A DNA stretch of 64,000 nucleotides from Anaerohalosphaeraceae bacterium (GCA_050309605.1 JBNRMN010000089.1:32001-96000), one strand, 5' to 3'; shown: positions 29,516-39,258, numbered from the stretch's first letter. Translations and numbers: made by a program. Notes: generated by a model from the letters alone, not told the origin.

Positions 29516-30925
29516 TCAGTCGATTTCCACCACATCCTGATACTGCGGCACCACGACGTCCCAGCCGGTATTCTCAACAAGATAGTCTTTGAAGGCATGG
29601 GCTGATTCTTTTTCGCCGTGCACAAGAAAGACCTTTCGCGGCGGGGTCTTGATGTGTTTGAGCCAGGCCAGGATTTCCCCCCGGTCGGCGTGAGCACTGA
29701 AGCCGTGCACCTGCACGACGTTGGCCTTGAGCGGATATGTCTGGCCCAGAATACGCACTTCAGGCGTTTTTTCAAGAATCAAACGCCCCAGCGTTCCCTT
29801 GGCCTGATAGCCGACAAACAGAATGGTGCTTTCCGGACGGGTGATATTGTTGACGAGATGATGTTTGACACGGCCGCCGGTACACATGCCTGAACCGGCG
29901 ATAATCATCACCGTACCGCGAATATGGTTAATCGCCTTGGATTCGGCAGTGGACTGGACGAGTTTGAGGCCGCGAAAACTGAACGGCGATTCATTCTGCA
30001 CGACCAATCGGGCCATCTCCTTGTCGTACAGTTCCGGATGGTTCTTGAAGACCTCAGTCACCTTGACGGCCATGGGACTGTCCAAAAACGTCATAATATG
30101 CGGGACGCGGTCTTCAATCAGCAGCTCATTCATATAATACAGCACTTCCTGACTGCGGCCGACGGAAAAACTGGGAACAATAATGTTGCCGCCGGCCTGA
30201 TGCGCATCATTAACGGCCTTACAGAGCTGCTCCTTGGTATCTTCGACGGATGAATGTGTTCGGTCGCCATACGTCGATTCAACCAGCAGATAATCGGCTT
30301 TCGTAAAGGTCGCCGGATCGCGAAGGATAGGTTTGTCGGTCCGTCCAAAATCACCCGTAAACAGAATGGTACGGCACTGGCCGTTACGACAGACATCGAC
30401 TTTAATCACGGCGGCGCCGAGAATATGCCCGGCGGTATAAAAAGCGGCCTCAATGCCGTCGCCGATTGGAACAACCTCCTTGAATTTGACCGGATGAAAT
30501 CGGTCGAAACAGGCCTCGGCCTCCTGCATCGTATAAAGCGGTTCGACCGGACGCGGTCCTTGACGGCCTTCCCGTTTATGCCGTTTACGCTTATATTCTG
30601 CATCTTCTTCCTGCAGTTTGCCGGCGTCGAGCAGCACAATCTTGGCAATCTCGGTCGTGGCTTCTGTAGCGTAAATGTTCCCCTTAAACCCTTCTTTGAC
30701 CAGTTTGGGAATCAATCCGCAGTGATCCAAATGAGCGTGCGTCAGCAAAATGGCATCCACGTCGGACGGCTCAACGCCGAAATCCTCCCAGTTGCGATAC
30801 TGATAGTCGCGTTCCTGGTACAGGCCGCAATCAATCATCACTTTGGAATGATTGAACTCCAGCACATGCCGGGAACCGGTAACATTTTCGGCTGCCCCCA
30901 AAAATCGCAATTTAATATCCATCAT
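29516..30925 (-). CDS. Metallo-beta-lactamase/beta-CASP RNA-metabolising nuclease
   Basis: LLTHAHLDHCG, AGHILG, ESTYGDR, GSGMCTGGR, FSAHAD. Confidence 0.92.
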   Translation of the reverse strand: MMDIKLRFLGAAENVTGSRHVLEFNHSKVMIDCGLYQERDYQYRNWEDFGVEPSDVDAILLTHAHLDHCGLIPKLVKEGFKGNIYATEATTEIAKIVLLDAGKLQEEDAEYKRKRHKREGRQGPRPVEPLYTMQEAEACFDRFHPVKFKEVVPIGDGIEAAFYTAGHILGAAVIKVDVCRNGQCRTILFTGDFGRTDKPILRDPATFTKADYLLVESTYGDRTHSSVEDTKEQLCKAVNDAHQAGGNIIVPSFSVGRSQEVLYYMNELLIEDRVPHIMTFLDSPMAVKVTEVFKNHPELYDKEMARLVVQNESPFSFRGLKLVQSTAESKAINHIRGTVMIIAGSGMCTGGRVKHHLVNNITRPESTILFVGYQAKGTLGRLILEKTPEVRILGQTYPLKANVVQVHGFSAHADRGEILAWLKHIKTPPRKVFLVHGEKESAHAFKDYLVENTGWDVVVPQYQDVVEID

Positions 30926-30988
30926 ATCCCCTAAGAAATGCGATCACAAAATCGCTCATTTAATCTGTCATTTTGCATTATCCGGAGT

Positions 30989-32182
30989 TTATTGCACGCC
31001 GGGTTTGAGGAACAGATAGTACAACACCCCTTCCTCATAAACCTGCCCGGCCATCTGTCCGGCCTGGTCGCCGATGCCCATATACACATCGCAGCGTCCC
31101 GGTGCACGAATCGCACCGCCGGTATCCTGATCCAGCGCAAAGCCGGTATAGGGCGCTTTGGCAATCCTGCCGCCAATCGGACGGGGCAGGCGTGTCTTAA
31201 TCAGTGTTAAACCGCCGCGCGGATAGATGGCCTTGTCGGTGGCAATCGTTCGCATCGGAATAACCGGCTCATTCAGACTGCCGCGCGGGTCACCCTCATC
31301 TGTGCGGAAGAACACGTAACGCGGGTTCTGGTTGATATACCGGTCGATTTGATTCGGATGGGCCTTGAAATAATCAATCATTGCCTTAAGGCTCAGTCCC
31401 GAAGCCGGTACAATGCCGTCGTCGATCATTTTTCGACCGACGCTTTGATAGTCGTGCCCGTTGGTGGCCGCATAGCCGAGGGTGATCAACGTGCCGTCAG
31501 GCAGCCGGAGTTTGGCCGAGCCTTGCACATGGGCAATATACACCTCAAATGGGTCGGCCATCCAGGCAATCTCCTGACCCTCGAGCATTCCGGATTGTTC
31601 AATTTCCCGGCGCGACGGATACGGCACAACCGCGCCGCCGCCCATATCCCGTCCCAAAATCTCCCCTGTGGGGCCTTTAACCAAATCTTTCGGCTGGGCG
31701 TACAGCGGATAGCGATACGTCTCGGTTCGAGTCAGCGAGCCGTCAAAGATCGGCGTATAGTAGCCGGTGTACAAAACTGTCCCGCGGTCGTCGCAGCCGA
31801 CGGATTGGTAAAAATCAAACTTCTCCCGAATCGCTGCTTCCAACGGCCGTCCGACCAGCCCCTGATCGAGCAATCGGCCGAACGCCTTTAAGCTGGCCAC
31901 GGCGTGGTCGTGGGTAATGCCGTTGCTGGGGAAAAACTGACGGCTGGACGGCTTGGACAAATAGCTCAAACTGTGGTCAACCGCCCGTCTCAGCTCCATC
32001 GTGTTGTAGCAGGCAAAGGTGAAATCCGGTATCATCGCCGGATCGGTAATCTTACGCAGGGCATATTGACCCGGCGGCAATTGCCGTTCATAGTCCGGCG
32101 TCTCAACAATTTCAGCGGTTTTACATCCGGTCAATACGGTGATCGCCGCCCATACACACACCCCTATGCACTTCAACTTCAT
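30989..32182 (-). CDS. mltA: MltA-family lytic murein transglycosylase, lipoprotein
   Basis: Lipobox LTGC; YTGYYTP, HVQGSA, NPRYVFF, DQDTGGAIR..RCDVYMG. Confidence 0.9.
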   Translation of the reverse strand: MKLKCIGVCVWAAITVLTGCKTAEIVETPDYERQLPPGQYALRKITDPAMIPDFTFACYNTMELRRAVDHSLSYLSKPSSRQFFPSNGITHDHAVASLKAFGRLLDQGLVGRPLEAAIREKFDFYQSVGCDDRGTVLYTGYYTPIFDGSLTRTETYRYPLYAQPKDLVKGPTGEILGRDMGGGAVVPYPSRREIEQSGMLEGQEIAWMADPFEVYIAHVQGSAKLRLPDGTLITLGYAATNGHDYQSVGRKMIDDGIVPASGLSLKAMIDYFKAHPNQIDRYINQNPRYVFFRTDEGDPRGSLNEPVIPMRTIATDKAIYPRGGLTLIKTRLPRPIGGRIAKAPYTGFALDQDTGGAIRAPGRCDVYMGIGDQAGQMAGQVYEEGVLYYLFLKPGVQ

Positions 32183-32397
32183 AATCACTCCATTGAACAG
32201 TATTTTGCCTTTTTTTAGACGCTGCGACCGGGCATCGCGCAGTACGCACCTGTCGTTCTGAACCGTGAACATTATTATACCATCGGGCAAATCAGGTGGA
32301 TTTCTTTAGACTTGCCGGAGATAATCCGCTCCTCGGAAAAACCCACCGACACGGACAGGCAAAGGCAGACCTCGTCGTCGGCCGGCATAGAACTCAC

Positions 32398-33273
32398 TTA
32401 CCGACAAAATTTAGCGGTTATAATCTTATAAACCAGCTTGGCCGCGAAGAAATTCGCCCCCCAATGGGCATCATGCGGGCATAGCTCCACCACGTCAAAA
32501 CCGACAAGGTTTTTCTGTCTGCACACCGCCTTGGCCAGTTCAATCACATCGTACCAGCCCAATCCCCCCGGCTCCGGCGTGCCGGTGGCCGGTAATACGG
32601 CCGGATCGAACGCATCCAGATCGATGGTTAAATACACCTGGTCGGTCAGCAGCGAAACAACCTGTTCGATCCACTCACGACGCGGCCTGTCGTGTATTTG
32701 GTGTGCAAAAAAGACCCGGCGGGTATCCATTACGCTTTTTTCCGAGGTATCCATACTGCGGATTCCGACCTGAACAATGGGACACAACTGCCCGGCTCGC
32801 GCCATTACACAAGCGTGGTTGTATGCACTGCCCTCATATGCGTTGCGGAGATCCGAATGGGCGTCTAACTGAAGAATGGTCAGATTGTCAAATGCCTCGG
32901 CCGCAGCGCGAAACGCTCCAATGCTGACGGAATGTTCCCCGCCGAGCACCACTGGAAATTTTCCTCGACGCAGCCAGTTGCCCACCCGCTGATGCACCGC
33001 TGCAACCATCGCTTCAGGCGTCTTAAGCTCGTCAATGGGCAAATCCGTATAAATGCCCCGACGATACACCTCACAGTCCATCTCGATATCATAGAATTCC
33101 AGATGATAAGAGGCCTCAAGGATCGCCGCCGGGCCGCGATCCGCCCCTTTGATCCACGTACTGGTGCCGTCATACGGCGCCGGAATCAAGACGCTTTGGG
33201 CGGTTTCAGGGTCGCGATACGCCGGCGCAAAATCACCGAATTGTAAAGGCCGTGCTGTCATGGCATCGGACAA
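32398..33273 (-). CDS. speB: Agmatinase (ureohydrolase); start may be ATG 33261
   Basis: GGEHS, QLDAHSDLR, IDLDAFDP..TGTPEPGG; directly downstream of the arginine decarboxylase gene. Confidence 0.92.
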   Translation of the reverse strand: MSDAMTARPLQFGDFAPAYRDPETAQSVLIPAPYDGTSTWIKGADRGPAAILEASYHLEFYDIEMDCEVYRRGIYTDLPIDELKTPEAMVAAVHQRVGNWLRRGKFPVVLGGEHSVSIGAFRAAAEAFDNLTILQLDAHSDLRNAYEGSAYNHACVMARAGQLCPIVQVGIRSMDTSEKSVMDTRRVFFAHQIHDRPRREWIEQVVSLLTDQVYLTIDLDAFDPAVLPATGTPEPGGLGWYDVIELAKAVCRQKNLVGFDVVELCPHDAHWGANFFAAKLVYKIITAKFCR

Positions 33274-33825
33274 TCAGTCAAACAGGCACACCGCCAGGGC
33301 GACCGTTGTAGTCCACATATCCCTGACGCCGCGGGCGGTTTGGGTAATATTGGTCGTATTGATGAACAGTCCGCTGGATTTGTAGGCCTGCTCCTTTTCC
33401 GACCAGGCCAAATCCGGATTCACATCCACACCCAGCGTCGTGCCGAGCATCTCGGCGGCCAGGTCCTCGGCCATATCCTCGGCCTCGCGTTTGTTCATTC
33501 CGTGGCCGTGAACCTCGCTGAGGTAGCCCCACTTCGTATCGTCTTTGGGAACAGCCACGCCCACCGAAGAGGCAATCAGCCGACCGTGCTCATTGGTATC
33601 GCATCGCGCCAGTACACAAAAGCAGATGGAACCGGGCACAAGCTGCTTGATCCCCTCATTTCGGCTGATCACTTTGCATTTGGGCGGCAAAATCGAAGAA
33701 ATCTGCACCAGGTTCTGCTGGGCAACACCGGCCTGACGCAGCGCATCTTCAAACGATTTCAACTGATATTTATGCTGACCGACTCCCTTGGTCAAAAAGA
33801 TCTTTGTGGGAACAAGTTCGTTCAT
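33274..33825 (-). CDS. pdaD: Pyruvoyl-dependent arginine decarboxylase
   Basis: FLTKGVG, SFEDALRQAG, NLVQISSILPP (Ser-Ser self-cleavage site), GYLSE. Confidence 0.9.
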   Translation of the reverse strand: MNELVPTKIFLTKGVGQHKYQLKSFEDALRQAGVAQQNLVQISSILPPKCKVISRNEGIKQLVPGSICFCVLARCDTNEHGRLIASSVGVAVPKDDTKWGYLSEVHGHGMNKREAEDMAEDLAAEMLGTTLGVDVNPDLAWSEKEQAYKSSGLFINTTNITQTARGVRDMWTTTVALAVCLFD

Positions 33826-34106
33826 CGTACCGTTCTCCTTGCGTAAAGGTTATCGTGGCGATTCCCCAAAACAATTAAAAGCGGGGATTATACACAACAG
33901 AATCCCGATTACAACCAAAATCACACAAAAACCTTGAAGAATCAAGGGATATTTTACCTCAACAAGCCGCTTGAAACACAAAATAATCCGATCTGTCTGT
34001 CAATTTATTTCGTATAGTTTACCCTGATGAAGCGAACAACTGAATCGCAACGCGATAAATCGTATTAAGAAAAAGTGTGGGTTTTCGTGAAAAGTCAAAA
34101 AGCCTG

Positions 34107-34134
34107 TTGCCTATTCTAAAGAAAACCCTATAAT
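34107..34134 (+). promoter_or_regulatory. Sigma70-like promoter of the dksA-like gene
   Basis: TTGCCT-16 bp-TATAAT. Confidence 0.5.
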
Positions 34135-34222
34135 TCCCGCGATATATTGGAGTCGGCCCCTTGCGGCCGGAGCTGTTTGACAGTGCGATAATCAATCAAA
34201 AATGGAGTGAAATCGAACAGAT

Positions 34223-34795
34223 ATGGCAAAGAAGAAAACAACGACGGGTTTATCCAAGAGAGAACTTGAAAAATATCGCCGGCTGCTGCTGGAAAAATGG
34301 CGTGAAATCGTCGGCGATGTGACCGCAATGGAAGAAAATATATTTCAGGGCGGCGGCGAGCTGTCGAGCATGCCCGTACACATGGCCGATATTGGGACGG
34401 ACAGTTTTGAGCAGGAATTCGGGTTGGATTTGCTGGCCGAGGAAAAGAAAATCCTGGTCGAAATCCAGCAGGCCCTCAAACGCATCGAAACCGGCGAGTT
34501 CGGCATCTGCGAGGGGCTGGGCATTCCGATTGAAAAAAAGCGTCTGGAAGCCATTCCCTGGACGCGGTACAGCCTCGAATACGCCCAAATGCTCGAAAAG
34601 AATCAGGGCGGGTTCAAATACCGCAATCTCAAGAGCCGCCCCATCGATATTGACCGGACCGCCGAAGAGATCGACGAAGACGAAGATGACAGCGACGCCG
34701 CCGATTCCGACGATGTGGAACTGGGTGAAGGGATGGAAAGCCTGGACGCCCTCGAAGAAGAGGAAGAAGACCACGAAGAGCGGGAAATCGCGTAA
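34223..34795 (+). CDS. DksA/TraR-family transcription factor with degenerate zinc finger and acidic tail
   Basis: HMADIGTD coiled-coil tip, ALKRIETGEFGICE..I..RLEAIPW. Confidence 0.88.
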   Translation: MAKKKTTTGLSKRELEKYRRLLLEKWREIVGDVTAMEENIFQGGGELSSMPVHMADIGTDSFEQEFGLDLLAEEKKILVEIQQALKRIETGEFGICEGLGIPIEKKRLEAIPWTRYSLEYAQMLEKNQGGFKYRNLKSRPIDIDRTAEEIDEDEDDSDAADSDDVELGEGMESLDALEEEEEDHEEREIA

Positions 34796-34827
34796 CAGGA
34801 TTTCACGACCTCATATATCGGCATCGG

Positions 34828-35499
34828 CTATTTGCCCCGTTGCTCGTCGTACAGCATCACCTGCAGACGCGGCGAAAAGGCAAAGCCGGTTTGCAGGCAG
34901 TACTCGGCCAGCCAGAGGGATTTTTCGATATATTCCTCGCGTCGCACGGCCTGCGGCATCAGACAGATCCGCTCCGGATCGACGCAGCCGAGCCGCTCGA
35001 TACAGTCGGCAATGTCATCCAGATCCTGCGGACGATCCACCACAAATTTCAATTGATAGCGATAGGCCGCCAGCAGTGCCGACAGCGCCGCCGTATTCAG
35101 CCGCGCCGACTCGGCCCTATCGTCTTCCGCTCCGACGGAATTGGACAATTTGGGGCTGACGCTCAGCAGATGAATCGGCAAATCGGCTATGAATTGCAGT
35201 CCGGCTGTTTCGAGCGTAATGAGATACCCCGCCTTGGCAAAGACATCCAAAAAGGCCGCCAAATCCGGCTGTACCAACGGCTCGCCGCCGGTAATGACCA
35301 GATGGCGCGTGGGATAGATGCCGACCCGACTCAGCAGTGACTCGGCGGTCTGTTCCGTGCCCGCCTGAAAATCCCGCGCATAAGCCGTATCGCACCACCT
35401 GCAGCGCAGCGGACAGCCCGCCAGGCGGATAAACACGCTCGGCACGCCCGCATAAAAGCCCTCGCCCTGCAGGGAATAAAAAAACTCACTGATTCGCAT
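34828..35499 (-). CDS. queE: 7-carboxy-7-deazaguanine synthase (radical SAM)
   Basis: EFFYSLQGEG, FIRLAGCPLRCRWCDT, ITGGEP, SVSPKL. Confidence 0.9.
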   Translation of the reverse strand: MRISEFFYSLQGEGFYAGVPSVFIRLAGCPLRCRWCDTAYARDFQAGTEQTAESLLSRVGIYPTRHLVITGGEPLVQPDLAAFLDVFAKAGYLITLETAGLQFIADLPIHLLSVSPKLSNSVGAEDDRAESARLNTAALSALLAAYRYQLKFVVDRPQDLDDIADCIERLGCVDPERICLMPQAVRREEYIEKSLWLAEYCLQTGFAFSPRLQVMLYDEQRGK

Positions 35500-35541
35500 T
35501 CATCGGTTCCCGATAAGTCGCCGTTGACGCCTGCCGCGCGA

Positions 35542-35760
35542 TCAGCCGCCGGTTCCCGATGCGAACTCGCCGCACCAGTTGCTGTCATAAACCTTCGGCC
35601 AGTGGATATCGGTTTTGTACGTCCCCAGGGCGTCGGATTTGGGGATAAACGCCGGGTCATTGGGGCGCGGGGCATACCGCCGACATTCGCCGTGGCCTTC
35701 GCCGACACGCTCGAAGTAAATACATTCCGGACATGTTGGACCTTGATGCTGCATCGTCAT
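35542..35760 (-). CDS. Small 4-Cys protein (CxxC...C...WC; HiPIP-like ligand pattern)
   Basis: AGGAGG SD upstream; TCPECIYF..GECRR..WPKV..WCGEF; co-oriented and 42 bp upstream of queE. Confidence 0.7.
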   Translation of the reverse strand: MTMQHQGPTCPECIYFERVGEGHGECRRYAPRPNDPAFIPKSDALGTYKTDIHWPKVYDSNWCGEFASGTGG

Positions 35761-35850
35761 CGCAGAGCCTCCTAAAAAGAATCCGACTTGTTACGGTTCA
35801 TAATGTTCAGTTTAATCGTTCCCGGCAGGCAGGTCAACAACGGATGCGAA

Positions 35851-36144
35851 AACAAACGCGGCACAACAAACGCGGCACAACAGCGCGGCCGCGCAAGCGG
35901 CCCGATGGGGCATAACGCCGTGGGTGGTGTCATCCGGCGGCTTGCGCCGCTCGGCTATTGTAAACAATAGCGCGGCCGCGCAAGCGGCCCGATACGGGAT
36001 ACGGATAGATGGGGCGTTTTGCAAGACGCAACATTATCCGACGGCTCGCGCCGCTCGGCTGGTGTGGGTGTCGTCATCCGGCGGCTTGCGCCGCTCGGCT
36101 ATTGTACGTATCGCTATCCGGTCGCTGGCGCGGCTCGGCTGTTG
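35851..36144. repeat. Cluster of six ~29-bp REP-like palindromic units (GCAA-tetraloop hairpins) preceded by a 14-bp tandem duplication
   Basis: Forward CAA(C/T)AGCGCGGCCGCGCAAGCGGCCCGAT at 35878 and 35965; reverse-oriented ATCCGGCGGCTTGCGCCGCTCGGCTATTG at 35932 and 36076, with variants at 36036 and 36116; (AACAAACGCGGCAC)x2 at 35851. Confidence 0.85.
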
Positions 36145-36166
36145 TCGGTCCGCGCGGAGGATCGTG

Positions 36167-39100
36167 TTATGAGCAGCCCATCGAGTTGCCGCAGTTGTAG
36201 CATCGGTAGCAGGTTCCGTTTCGCACGCAGATGCTGCCGCAGACATCGCAGGCCGGGGCGTCATCCTGAAAGTGTTCAAACTGGTCGTTGAACTGGTGCA
36301 TCAGGGCCGCTTCGCTGCCGTCCTGGCCGGTCAGGGTCGAACCGACAATCTGCACGACCCGATCGGACATCTGCCGGGCAAAACGGTCGGGGGCCGGTGC
36401 GGCGGCTTTGTGCTCAGCCGACGGACGAGGGGCCGGGCCGTCCTTTTCCCCGTTGTCGGATTTGTCAGGCGTGTCGGATTTTTTGCCGACGGCTTTGGCC
36501 TGGCCGATTTTTTTGGCCAGATCCTGGGTTTTCTGGACCAACTCTTTGGCGGTGGTCGAGGTCTTGTTTTCGACCGCCGGAGCAGCGCGGTTGGGCGTGT
36601 TCTTCTCGGCGTAGCCGGGGATGAACTGACAGCCCATCCAGCAGAAGATGTAATCGATCAGGCTCTTGGCAAAGGGGATATTCTTGTTGCTGGTCATCCC
36701 GGCCGGCTCGAAGCGGGCGTGTCGGAATTTATCAACCAGCGTAATCAGCGGCACGCCGTATTGCAGCGCCATCGAGACGCAGGTGCCGACAACATCCATC
36801 AAGCCTCCGACGGTGCTGCCCTCCTTGGCCATGGTGATGAATAACTCACCGGGCTGGCCGTCCTCGTATAGCCCCACCGTCAGATACCCTTCGTGTCCGG
36901 CCACGGAAAATTTGTGCGTGATGCTGTGGCGCGTTTCAGGCAGCCGGCGTCGGAACGGACGCGGTGCGGCAACCTCAGCGGTTTTTTGCTTTTTCTTGTC
37001 GCCGGACGAGGTTTCGGTGTTGACCGGCTGGAGCCGCTTGGAGCCGTCGCGGTAGATCGCCACGGCCTTGAGGCCGAGCTTCCAGCCTTCCATATACGCC
37101 GAAGCAATCTGCTCGGCGGTACTTTCTTTGGGCATATTGATGGTCTTGCTGATCGCGCCGGACAGGAACGGCTGCACAGCGGCCATCATTTTCAAATGGG
37201 CCTGATAGTGGATATGGCGGGTTCCGTTTTTGGCCCTAAACGCGCAGTCAAAGACCGGCAGATGCTCCGGGCGCAGCTTGGCGGCGGTTTCGATGGTGTC
37301 GTCTTTGTCGATGGTCTCACAGATGGCGCGGATATCCTCGGGGCCGTAGCCGAGCCGCTCAAGGGCCATCGGGACGGTGCGGTTGACCAGCTTGAGCATT
37401 CCCCCGCCGGCCAGGGTCTTGTATTTGACCAGCGCAATATCCGGCTCGACGCCGGTGGTGTCGCAATCCATCATAAAGCCGATGGTGCCGGTCGGAGCCA
37501 GCACGGTGGTTTGGGCATTGCGAAAGCCGTGTTGCGTGCCGGCGTCAAAGGCCTCATCCCAGGCGTTCTTGGCCGCACTGAGCAGATCGTCCGGACAGTA
37601 CATCTCGGGAATGTTATAGGCGTGTTCGCGGTGCATCGCGATGACGTTCTGCATCGGCTGTTTGTTCTTTTCGTATTCGGGGAACGGGCCTTTGGTCGCG
37701 GCCAGCTCGGCGCTGATCGAATAGGCCGTGCCGGTCATGATCGCGGTAATCGCCGCCGCCCAGGCGCGGGCCTGATCGGAATCGTAAGGCATCGCCAGAC
37801 TCATCATCAGACAGCCGAGATTGGCATACCCCAGGCCGAGCGGACGGAACCGATGGCTGTTTTCCGCAATGGTCTGTTCGGGATAGCTGCCGTTATCGAC
37901 CAGAATTTCCTGGGCGATGATGAACAGCCGCACGGCGTGTTTGAAACGCTCAATGTCAAATCCCCCATCGTCGGTGCGAAACTTCATCAGATTCAGCGAG
38001 GCCAGATTGCAGGCGGAATTGTCGATAAACATATACTCGCTGCACGGATTGGAGGCGTTGATCGGGCCGGAATGGGGGCAGGTATGCCATTTGTTGATGG
38101 TGGAGTGGTATTGCAGCCCCGGATCACCGCAGACGCGCGTCCCTTCGGCGATCAGCTCCATCAATTCGCGGGCGCTGTAGCTGTCAACCGACTTGCCGGT
38201 GGTCACGGCCGTAGTCGTCCAGGGACCGTCTTTTTCGACCGCTTCCATAAACGCATCGCTGACCCGCACCGACAGGTTGCTGTTCTGGAACATCACACTG
38301 CCGTAGGCCTCGTCGGGCGAGTAGCCCTCTTCGATCAAGGCCCAGGCCTTTTTTTCTTCCTCGGTCTTGCAGGTGATAAACTCTTTGATGTCGGGATGGT
38401 CGATCTTGAGCGACTGCATCTTGGCGGCGCGTCGGGTTTTGCCGCCGGATTTGATGACTGCGGCGACCTGATCATAGACGCGCATAAAACTGAGCGGGCC
38501 GGAGGGCTTGCCGCCGCCGGACAGTTTCTCCCGACTGCTGCGCAGGGTCGAAAGGTCGGTTCCTGTGCCGGAGCCGTGCTTAAAGAGCATCGCCTCGCTG
38601 CGGGCCAGACGCATAATGTCTTCCATCGTGTCCTCGACCGACTGGATAAAACAGGCCGAGGCCTGCGGAAATTCATAGCTGGTGGTACTGGGAACGGCTT
38701 TATTCTGTTTTTCATCCCAATGGTAGTTGTGCTCGCTGCCTTTGATGCCATAGACATCATGCAGGCCGACGTTAAACCAGACCGGCGAATTGAACGCGCC
38801 GTACTGATTAACGCACAGCCACGTCAGTTCGTTGTAAAACGTCTCGGCGTCGGCCTCGGACGCGAAATAGCCGTCGCGTCGGCCCCGATCGGCAATCGCC
38901 CGACAGACGCGGTGGACAAGCTGTTTAACCGAATTTTCCCGCTGGCCGGAGTGGACATCGCCGTAAAAATATTTGCTCACGACAACTTTTGTCGCCAATT
39001 GACTCCAAAACGCCGGCACTTCACAATCGGCCTGTTCAAAAATCACCTTGCCGGCGTCATCGGTAATTTTGGCCTGACGGGCTTCCCATTCGATTTCCTC

Positions 39101-39238
39101 GAAGGGATGCACACCCGGCGTGGAAAAATGCGCGTCTATTTTCAGCCCCGCTGTGCGCGCGGATGCAGGGGCCTTCCAGGGTTGCAGGCCGGAATCGAAT
39201 GCGTTGGTGTTGTCTTTGGAAATCCGTTCGTCTGACAT
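36167..39238 (-). CDS. nrdJ: Class II (adenosylcobalamin) ribonucleotide reductase with C-terminal TSCPD-like and Zn-ribbon domains
   Basis: FNSPVWFNVG, QASACFI, ASNPCSEY, SACNLAS, APTGTI, AISKTIN, CDVCG..CYNCG; GGAGG before ATG 39238. Confidence 0.95.
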   Translation of the reverse strand: MSDERISKDNTNAFDSGLQPWKAPASARTAGLKIDAHFSTPGVHPFEEIEWEARQAKITDDAGKVIFEQADCEVPAFWSQLATKVVVSKYFYGDVHSGQRENSVKQLVHRVCRAIADRGRRDGYFASEADAETFYNELTWLCVNQYGAFNSPVWFNVGLHDVYGIKGSEHNYHWDEKQNKAVPSTTSYEFPQASACFIQSVEDTMEDIMRLARSEAMLFKHGSGTGTDLSTLRSSREKLSGGGKPSGPLSFMRVYDQVAAVIKSGGKTRRAAKMQSLKIDHPDIKEFITCKTEEEKKAWALIEEGYSPDEAYGSVMFQNSNLSVRVSDAFMEAVEKDGPWTTTAVTTGKSVDSYSARELMELIAEGTRVCGDPGLQYHSTINKWHTCPHSGPINASNPCSEYMFIDNSACNLASLNLMKFRTDDGGFDIERFKHAVRLFIIAQEILVDNGSYPEQTIAENSHRFRPLGLGYANLGCLMMSLAMPYDSDQARAWAAAITAIMTGTAYSISAELAATKGPFPEYEKNKQPMQNVIAMHREHAYNIPEMYCPDDLLSAAKNAWDEAFDAGTQHGFRNAQTTVLAPTGTIGFMMDCDTTGVEPDIALVKYKTLAGGGMLKLVNRTVPMALERLGYGPEDIRAICETIDKDDTIETAAKLRPEHLPVFDCAFRAKNGTRHIHYQAHLKMMAAVQPFLSGAISKTINMPKESTAEQIASAYMEGWKLGLKAVAIYRDGSKRLQPVNTETSSGDKKKQKTAEVAAPRPFRRRLPETRHSITHKFSVAGHEGYLTVGLYEDGQPGELFITMAKEGSTVGGLMDVVGTCVSMALQYGVPLITLVDKFRHARFEPAGMTSNKNIPFAKSLIDYIFCWMGCQFIPGYAEKNTPNRAAPAVENKTSTTAKELVQKTQDLAKKIGQAKAVGKKSDTPDKSDNGEKDGPAPRPSAEHKAAAPAPDRFARQMSDRVVQIVGSTLTGQDGSEAALMHQFNDQFEHFQDDAPACDVCGSICVRNGTCYRCYNCGNSMGCS

Positions 39239-39258
39239 AAGACATCCTCCGTGGTAAA

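Noticed and set aside
34024..34065. Hammerhead ribozyme (CTGATGA core)
   Set aside because: No GAAA following a stem II and no closing stems
34828..35499. queE as part of a dpd DNA-modification defence island
   Set aside because: No dpdA/tgt-like, queC, queD or folE genes nearby; housekeeping context
35878..36144. CRISPR array
   Set aside because: Repeats occur in both orientations, gaps are irregular and as short as 4-11 bp, and no cas genes are present; REP-like instead
36893..39235. 780-aa plus-strand ORF
   Set aside because: Antisense shadow of nrdJ with no recognisable motifs; expected from GC-rich codon bias
36167..39238. Intein or intron in nrdJ
   Set aside because: Catalytic motifs are colinear and no intein junction motifs were seen; the extra length is a TSCPD-like domain plus a low-complexity linker
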